IMG/VR virus record: IMGVR_UViG_3300023197_000076
Location: 1 to 29,387 of that record
DNA: 29,387 bases
Source: a virus
Lineage: Duplodnaviria > Caudoviricetes
Direction: 5' to 3' (one strand)
The notes below the pieces were generated by a model. It made no database searches, was not told the DNA's origin, and worked only from the letters and a program-made list of their open reading frames with translations. Each line of letters opens with the position of its first letter. Positions within the stretch are counted from its first letter, which is position 1. The translations under genes and the position numbers were made by a program. Positions 23,591 to 29,387 of this stretch are shown here, piece after piece.

Positions 23591-24069
23591 GCGGATTTCA
23601 GTTTCCGGGCGGCATCGAGTCCATCGAGATCGACGACACCGGCGACTTCGATACCGGCATGACCTCCTCCTTCGTGGTGACGATCGGGCGCGGGTCCATC
23701 GACAAAGACGGCACGGAGTTTCCCGATCCGGAGGCGCTGACCGCCGAGCTCGGCGACGACCGAGAGGGGCGGTTGGGGCTGGACCAGGAAATGGACATCG
23801 CCGCAAAGGACATGGAGATGTCCGACTTCGAGACGCTCGAAGCCGAGGCCCTGAAGCACACCGATCTGCACGTAAAGGTGCTCTCGCAGGCTACCACCGA
23901 CAGCGGAGACCCGCTCTGGAAGGTGGTCTATACGCCGGTCATCCTGAGCGACGCCAAGATCAGCCCCGCAAACGTGGATCGCGAAAGCAAAGGCGCCTTC
24001 ATGTTCAGCGGCAAGGTGACCGGGTACCGGTACGCCGACCTCGGCAATCTTACTGTGAACAGCAACTAA
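23587..24069 (+). CDS. putative tail tube protein, paralog 1
   Basis: 160 aa, beta-rich; position before chaperone and tape measure. Confidence 0.6.
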   Translation: MSGFQFPGGIESIEIDDTGDFDTGMTSSFVVTIGRGSIDKDGTEFPDPEALTAELGDDREGRLGLDQEMDIAAKDMEMSDFETLEAEALKHTDLHVKVLSQATTDSGDPLWKVVYTPVILSDAKISPANVDRESKGAFMFSGKVTGYRYADLGNLTVNSN

Positions 24070-24075
24070 TCCCCT

Positions 24076-24549
24076 ATGTCTGGATTTTCCTTTCCCGGCG
24101 GCGTCGGATCGATCGAGATCGAAGACACCGCAGCGTTTGACGGCTCCGGCAGCGTTCAGGTGTCCATTTCGCGCAAGCAGTTTTCAAAGGAGGGGTCGGA
24201 GTTCCCCGACCCGGAGGCGCTGACCGCCGAGCTGGGCGACGATCGGGAGGGGCGGTTGGGGCTGGACCAGGAGCTTTCGATCCGGGCCACCAACATGCCC
24301 ACCGCCGATTTCGACGCGCTGGAGGGCGCGGTGGAAAACCACACCGACCTGTGGATCAAGATCAAAAGCCTCGCGACGAAAGACGGCTCCGCCATGCCTC
24401 TATACGAGGTGGTCTACAACAAGGTGCTCCTCTCCAATGCCGCGAAAGGGCCGGCCAAGGTGGACCGGGAAAGCTTCGGGGTGGTGATCATCGACGGCAA
24501 GGCCACCGGCTTCCGGACGGATGACATCATGACCGTCACCACGAACTGA
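24076..24549 (+). CDS. putative tail tube protein, paralog 2
   Basis: 157 aa; colinear with paralog 1, with a 25-aa identical core. Confidence 0.6.
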   Translation: MSGFSFPGGVGSIEIEDTAAFDGSGSVQVSISRKQFSKEGSEFPDPEALTAELGDDREGRLGLDQELSIRATNMPTADFDALEGAVENHTDLWIKIKSLATKDGSAMPLYEVVYNKVLLSNAAKGPAKVDRESFGVVIIDGKATGFRTDDIMTVTTN

Positions 24550-25007
24550 TGGAGCTGGAGCTCGCTCGGACCACGCTGGCGCACTTCGATGAGGCCTGCG
24601 AGGCGCTGGGGCTGGACCCCGATCGGGTGCGCAGTGGGCAGGTGCCGGTGGAGATGGACCGCGAGCATATGCCTGCCCTCCTGGCGGTGCTGGCGCCCGA
24701 GGCCGACCTTCCGGACGACTTCAAGCAGCAGGTGGTAGAGCGGGCAGCGCGCCGCTGGTTTCAGGCCGCGCTCCTCAAGGCGCGCAGGGCCGCCGAGGTG
24801 GCTGCTGAGCAGGCCGACGAGGCGGGCGTGAAGGAAGTGATGCAAAGCCAGGGCAGCACCGGGAAGCCCCTCAGCCGCGTCGTCTCGACCCTGCCGGCCA
24901 CCGATTACGAGCGCATCTACCACGAGTGGGACATGGAGCGCGCCCTCACCTACCTAATGCTCCGCAGCGTGGATCACGTGTCTGAGAACCTGGAGGACTA
25001 CCTGTGA
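24549..25007 (+). CDS. putative tail assembly chaperone
   Basis: Helical 152 aa between tube and tape measure; positional call. Confidence 0.5.
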   Translation: MELELARTTLAHFDEACEALGLDPDRVRSGQVPVEMDREHMPALLAVLAPEADLPDDFKQQVVERAARRWFQAALLKARRAAEVAAEQADEAGVKEVMQSQGSTGKPLSRVVSTLPATDYERIYHEWDMERALTYLMLRSVDHVSENLEDYL

Positions 25008-25327
25008 TGGCCAGTGCCCTGAAAAAGCTCGACGTCTTATACGACGATCGAGAGGCGTTGGCCCGTCAGTTGGGGGTAAAGAAGAAGCACGTCCGGGCGG
25101 CCCTGCGTTCGGACTACGAAGGGCGCGTGACCGACCGGGCCCGCGAGCTCCTGGCGCTGCACCGGAAGGAAACGACGATCGGCTACGACGCGGTGCGATA
25201 CGTGCTGTCGCTGCTGAGCGCCCTCAAAGAGCGGGAGGACCTGACGCCCTCTGCTCGCGACTACATCGACGAAAAGGAGAATGATTTGAAAGAGCACTAC
25301 CTGCCCCCTCTGAAACGCCTTACCTAG
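25004..25327 (+). CDS. hypothetical protein with possible N-terminal HTH
   Basis: DREALARQLGVKKKHVRAAL; overlaps upstream stop. Confidence 0.55.
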   Translation: MMASALKKLDVLYDDREALARQLGVKKKHVRAALRSDYEGRVTDRARELLALHRKETTIGYDAVRYVLSLLSALKEREDLTPSARDYIDEKENDLKEHYLPPLKRLT

Positions 25328-25333
25328 CTTTCC

Positions 25334-28300
25334 ATGGCCGAGCGGACCCTGACATTGCGCATCAAGGTGGGGGACAACGAGGTGGTGGAGGAGCTGAGCC
25401 ACACCGACGCCGAGCTCGAGAAGCTGAAGAAGGAGGCCCAGCAGGCAGGGGACGCGGCCGAAGAGCATCTCGACGATGCGGCCGACGCGGCCGACGACCT
25501 GGGCGACGAGGCAGAAAAGGCCGCCGATCAGGTGGAGGACGCCGGCGACAAAGCCGATGGGGCGAGCAAGAACCTTTCTTCTTTGTCCGATGAGGCCTAC
25601 GAGCTGGGCGACGCCCTCCGGGAAGGGCGCTTCGACGACGCGGCGGCGGCACTGGGGCGCATGAAAAGCGTCTCGCCGGGCGTGATCGCGGCGGTGGGCG
25701 GCACGGCGGCGGCCGTGACGGCCGGAGCGGTCGCCTTTGGGGTCGGCACCTCCAAGGCCATCAGCTTCGAGGAGCAGATGCTGGGGGTGCGCAAGACCAC
25801 AAATCTCACCGACGCGGAGATCACGCGCCTGGGAAGCGACCTGCTCGACCTGAGCGGGCAGCTGGGCATTGCGCGGGCCGAGCTGGCACGGATTGCCGAG
25901 ACGGCCGGGCAGCTGGGCATTCAGGGCCGTGAGAACATCACGGCCTTCACCGAGGTGGTGGGCAAGATCAGCGCCGTGACGGAGCTGACGGCCGACGAGG
26001 CGGGGAAGCAGATCGCCCGCATTGCCAACATCTTCGACGTCCCGATCGACCAGGCCAACAAGCTGGGCTCGGTCCTCAACGCCCTCAGCAACACCACCAC
26101 GGCCCAATCCGGCCAGATCGCAGGCGCCCTGCGTAGGGCCGGGGCCGCCGGGGACGACCTGGGCCTCGTGACCGCGGAGGTGGCCGCCCTGGGCGCGACG
26201 CTGGTCGACAGCGGCCTTCGCGCCGAGCGGGCCGGGACGCAGCTCCGCAACATCTTTACCATGCTGCGGACCGAGTCGGAATCGGTGTCGGACGTCCTGG
26301 GCGTCACCACCGAGGAATGGACCCAGATGCTGGAGGAGGACGCCCTCGGCGCCCTGCGGCAGTACCTGGGCGCCCTGGGGGAGGTGCCGAAGCAGCTGCG
26401 GACGGTCAAGATCGAGGAGACCTTCGGGCGGGAGAACCTGCAGGCGGTGCAGAGCCTGGTGAGTCAGATATCGCTTTTGGAGACCAACCTGGGCACGGCC
26501 AACGAGGCGTTCCGGGAGGGCACCTCGCTGAACGACGAGTACGAAAAGACGCTGGGGGCGGTGTCGCGGCAGTGGGACCGGCTGGTGCAGAACCTGGAGG
26601 CAGCGGCGATCGAGATGAGCAAAAGCGTGCTTCCGGCGCTGACCGATACGCTGAGCGCCCTCAACAGCGTGCTCGACGAGCAGCGGGCGACGGCCGAGGG
26701 CATCAAGCAGATCGACTCGGAGCTGAAGAAGCTCGATGGGGCCCGTGCCCTGGCCGACGAGTACGACCGGCTCTCCGAAAAGTCCGACCTGACCAGCGAG
26801 GAGAGCGAGCGCCTCGATCGGGTCACGGAGAAGCTGGCGAGTCGGTTTCCGACGCTCGTGACCGAGTACACGGAGGCCGGCGAGGCGGCCGGCATTTATA
26901 CCGATCAGGTGCGCGAGGCCATTACCCTCCAGGAGGGCACCCTCGACGAGCAGCGGAGCCGGGAGCTGCAGGAGCTGGGAGACGCCTACGAGGAGGCATC
27001 CCGCAAGGTCGAGAAGTTCACCGCCCGGCAAAACATCTTCGCCGAGGACGGGCGGGACGAGGACCTGGCCCGGGCCCAGCAGAAGGCCGAGGAGGCCCGC
27101 CAGAACGTGGAGCGGCTCGCGGAGCAGCTGAACAAGGTGTTCGACCCCTCCGACCTTAGCGCCGGTCAGCTGGCCACCCGATTAGACGTGTCTGAGCAGG
27201 CGGCGGCCCAGCTTCTTTCGCAGATGCAGGCCCTGGCGCAGGCCCAGGAGGACAACGCCGACGCGACGGACGACAATACCGACGCCACCGAAGAGAACAA
27301 GGAGGAGATGGCGGCGGCGGCGAAGGTGCAGGAGGGGATGATTGAGTCCGTTTCAGAGGCCGAACAGGTTCAAAAACAACTACAGCAGCGATTCAAAGAG
27401 GCAACGACGGATGAGGCAAGACGCGAATATGGAGCCTTAATCCGGAAGGTGAAAGAGATGCGAAAGGAGATGGAGGAAGCCCTCAAAACCCCACCTCCAA
27501 CTCCAGATGTCCCCACGTTTGATGCGGGCCACGATGAAGCTCCAGTGGTCGAAACGGAGGCGAGTTTTGAGGGGGATCTTGGCATCCAGGCACAGGGGCT
27601 AAATGCACTTACGGCTGCTCAGCGCGACCTCTCAGGGGCGTCTGCGCAGGTGGAACGTGCGATCAGTGCGCTCAATGAGGAGCTCGACAGGACGACTGAC
27701 CCCAAGAGGAGGCAGCAGATTAAAAAGCTGAGGGCTGAGCTTACCAAGTCCAAGGCTAGAATGGATGCCTTCGAAGGTGCTGCAACGGCCGGGACACAGG
27801 CTGCCGTGCAGGGTTTTGTTGAGCTTGGGAAGGCTATCGGCGATAGTCAGAAAACGATCGCGTCTTTCGGCCAAGCTGTTCAGTCGATCCTTGCTAACCT
27901 GGCAAGAACCATTGGTCAGCAGCTTATTTCGATTGGGACTGCGTTGTTGCTTAGCCCTTTCACGGCAACGCAGGGAGCTGGATACATAGCAGCCGGCACC
28001 GCATTAGTCGCTCTCAGCTCAGCGATTGCTCCTGATCGTGACACCTCCACTAGCAACGGCGAACAGGAAGACTCTCCCCGCGTCCCGCGCATGGCCTCGG
28101 GGGGACTGGTCACCGATGGGGGGACGGTCCTGGTCGGCGAGGAGGGCCCCGAGCTGGTCAACTTGCCGTCCGGGGCGAGAGTGAGGTCCAACGACCGGAC
28201 GCGCGCGATGCTCAACGCGATGCGGCAGGTGCCGGCGCGGGCGCTGGCCGGCGACGATGCGGGCGTGGGCGGCGGCGCTGCGGGGCCGAGCAATCAGGAC

Positions 28301-28426
28301 GTGATTGAGGAGCTGAAACGGACACGGCGGGCCTTCGAGGAGAAGCAGTTCCGCCTGCGCGGCACCGACCAGGTGACCCAGCAGGCCCGCACGAAGGCCG
28401 AGCTCGACGACGCCGGCATCAAATAG
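25334..28426 (+). CDS. tail tape measure protein (TP901-type core)
   Basis: 1030 aa; FEEQMLGVRKTT...AGQLGI...AGTQLRNIF; C-terminal MASGG...LVGEEGPELV. Confidence 0.92.
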   Translation: MAERTLTLRIKVGDNEVVEELSHTDAELEKLKKEAQQAGDAAEEHLDDAADAADDLGDEAEKAADQVEDAGDKADGASKNLSSLSDEAYELGDALREGRFDDAAAALGRMKSVSPGVIAAVGGTAAAVTAGAVAFGVGTSKAISFEEQMLGVRKTTNLTDAEITRLGSDLLDLSGQLGIARAELARIAETAGQLGIQGRENITAFTEVVGKISAVTELTADEAGKQIARIANIFDVPIDQANKLGSVLNALSNTTTAQSGQIAGALRRAGAAGDDLGLVTAEVAALGATLVDSGLRAERAGTQLRNIFTMLRTESESVSDVLGVTTEEWTQMLEEDALGALRQYLGALGEVPKQLRTVKIEETFGRENLQAVQSLVSQISLLETNLGTANEAFREGTSLNDEYEKTLGAVSRQWDRLVQNLEAAAIEMSKSVLPALTDTLSALNSVLDEQRATAEGIKQIDSELKKLDGARALADEYDRLSEKSDLTSEESERLDRVTEKLASRFPTLVTEYTEAGEAAGIYTDQVREAITLQEGTLDEQRSRELQELGDAYEEASRKVEKFTARQNIFAEDGRDEDLARAQQKAEEARQNVERLAEQLNKVFDPSDLSAGQLATRLDVSEQAAAQLLSQMQALAQAQEDNADATDDNTDATEENKEEMAAAAKVQEGMIESVSEAEQVQKQLQQRFKEATTDEARREYGALIRKVKEMRKEMEEALKTPPPTPDVPTFDAGHDEAPVVETEASFEGDLGIQAQGLNALTAAQRDLSGASAQVERAISALNEELDRTTDPKRRQQIKKLRAELTKSKARMDAFEGAATAGTQAAVQGFVELGKAIGDSQKTIASFGQAVQSILANLARTIGQQLISIGTALLLSPFTATQGAGYIAAGTALVALSSAIAPDRDTSTSNGEQEDSPRVPRMASGGLVTDGGTVLVGEEGPELVNLPSGARVRSNDRTRAMLNAMRQVPARALAGDDAGVGGGAAGPSNQDVIEELKRTRRAFEEKQFRLRGTDQVTQQARTKAELDDAGIK

Positions 28427-28441
28427 CCACCACCTTGCCCC

Positions 28442-29272
28442 ATGCCGTACGGCCCCGTCTACGACGCCCAGATCGATACCTACCGGCCTCAATCGCCGGT
28501 GACCGTGTCGCTGTTGAAGCAGGGCTATGGCGGGTCGGTGTCGACGATGCGCCTCGCCTCCGACCCGATCGAGGAGCAGGCCTCGACGTCCGACTCCGAC
28601 GAGACCGTGCCTCTGCGCCCTCGCAAGGGCGTGTTGCGGCTGGCGGCCGATCAGGAGGGGGTCATCGAGGACGTCTACGCCGACGATACGCCCTGGCGCA
28701 TCCGCATTGAGGTGGACGGCACCCTGGACCTGATCGGGCCGGTGCGGAAGCACCTCCGCACCACGTCGGACGATAAGTTGTCGACGGCCCCCCTGGAGCT
28801 CAAATGGAACGATGGGCTGGGGCTTCTGCAGGACGTCGATTTCAGGCAGCCCGAGGACGGCCGCCTCTACCAGGAGCGCCGCTCCATCATTGGATGGATC
28901 GTGGAGGTGCTTCGCAAGACCGGGCTCGGCCTCGACGTGGCGGCCGCCAGTGAGTGGTTTACGCCCTCGATGAGCGACCCGCAGAACCCGCTGGAGCAGG
29001 AATGGCTCGGCCCCGAGCGGTTCGTCGACGACGACGGCGCTCCCATGACGGCCTTTGCGGTGCTGGAGGACCTCGTCCAAAACAAGCAGGCGGTGCTGGC
29101 CCAGGAGCGCGGCCTGTGGCACGTGTATCAGCGCTCGCTCTTTCGCTTTGACACGTTCGACCGATGGGTCTACCCGAGCGATTGGACCGATTCTGACGCC
29201 TCTCCGGCGGCCGAGACGTATACCGCATACGTGGACGTACCCGACAGCTTTACGGCGCGACCAACAGTGTGA
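28442..29272 (+). CDS. putative tail (hub/baseplate) protein, possibly truncated
   Basis: Follows tape measure; WNDGLGLLQD, QERGLWHV motifs; composition changes right at the stop. Confidence 0.55.
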   Translation: MPYGPVYDAQIDTYRPQSPVTVSLLKQGYGGSVSTMRLASDPIEEQASTSDSDETVPLRPRKGVLRLAADQEGVIEDVYADDTPWRIRIEVDGTLDLIGPVRKHLRTTSDDKLSTAPLELKWNDGLGLLQDVDFRQPEDGRLYQERRSIIGWIVEVLRKTGLGLDVAAASEWFTPSMSDPQNPLEQEWLGPERFVDDDGAPMTAFAVLEDLVQNKQAVLAQERGLWHVYQRSLFRFDTFDRWVYPSDWTDSDASPAAETYTAYVDVPDSFTARPTV

Positions 29273-29387
29273 AGTTGTTTTTGGATCGATTGACCGGTCG
29301 CCCAATACGAGGCCTGTTTCGTCCGGTTTGTTCGTCGAATGCTTGAGGCAGCTTCTCTTCCAATGACTGCGCTGAACGATTCTTGCC

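Larger units (their letters stand above)
194..29272. mobile_element. Mu-like transposable prophage (right end not seen in window)
   Basis: DDE transposase + AAA ATPase + Gam + GemA-like + DUF935-type portal + Mu-type protease + gp36/gp37-like genes; no tyrosine/serine integrase; left boundary tentative. Confidence 0.93.

Noticed and set aside
23384-25327. Contractile tail sheath as in Mu
   Set aside because: No sheath-sized ORF before the tape measure; layout fits a non-contractile tail
374-29305. Many long antisense/alternate-frame ORFs (e.g. 374-1180, 5229-6809, 7346-8587, 25037-27031, 28019-29305)
   Set aside because: Shadow ORFs expected in high-GC DNA opposite well-supported genes; no motifs

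Overview
Almost the whole window (about 0.2-29.3 kb) is a Mu-like (transposable) prophage in a high-GC host with a strongly acidic proteome. The acidic proteins, GH108 lysin, lipoproteins and rarity of Shine-Dalgarno sites suggest a halophilic Salinibacter-type bacterium (inference). Layout: (1) a leftward early operon (11193->395) with Cro/Ner-like and other HTH genes, Lar-like, DUF3102-like, GemA-like, DDE transposase, AAA ATPase, Gam, a tandem zinc-ribbon protein and a displaced gpF-like head gene; (2) a rightward immunity block with an XRE-S24 repressor and two lipoproteins; (3) a leftward packaging operon (TerS, TerL, portal, GH108 lysin, gpG-like); (4) a rightward late operon (gp36, gp37, protease-scaffold, capsid, two holins, a CREST/ceramidase-like membrane protein, two tail-tube-like paralogs, tape measure, tail protein). 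No sheath gene is seen, so a siphovirus is likely. Most notable: two anticodon-less tRNA-like RNAs inside the phage operons, each next to an extra structured RNA; a ceramidase-like hydrolase coupled to the holins with no recognisable spanin; an XRE-HTH inserted in the prohead protease-scaffold; strand-specific GGTGTTGR microsatellites in six leftward spacers; and a candidate central cis-site embedded in-frame in terL. Family calls come from motif recognition by eye, not database searches.
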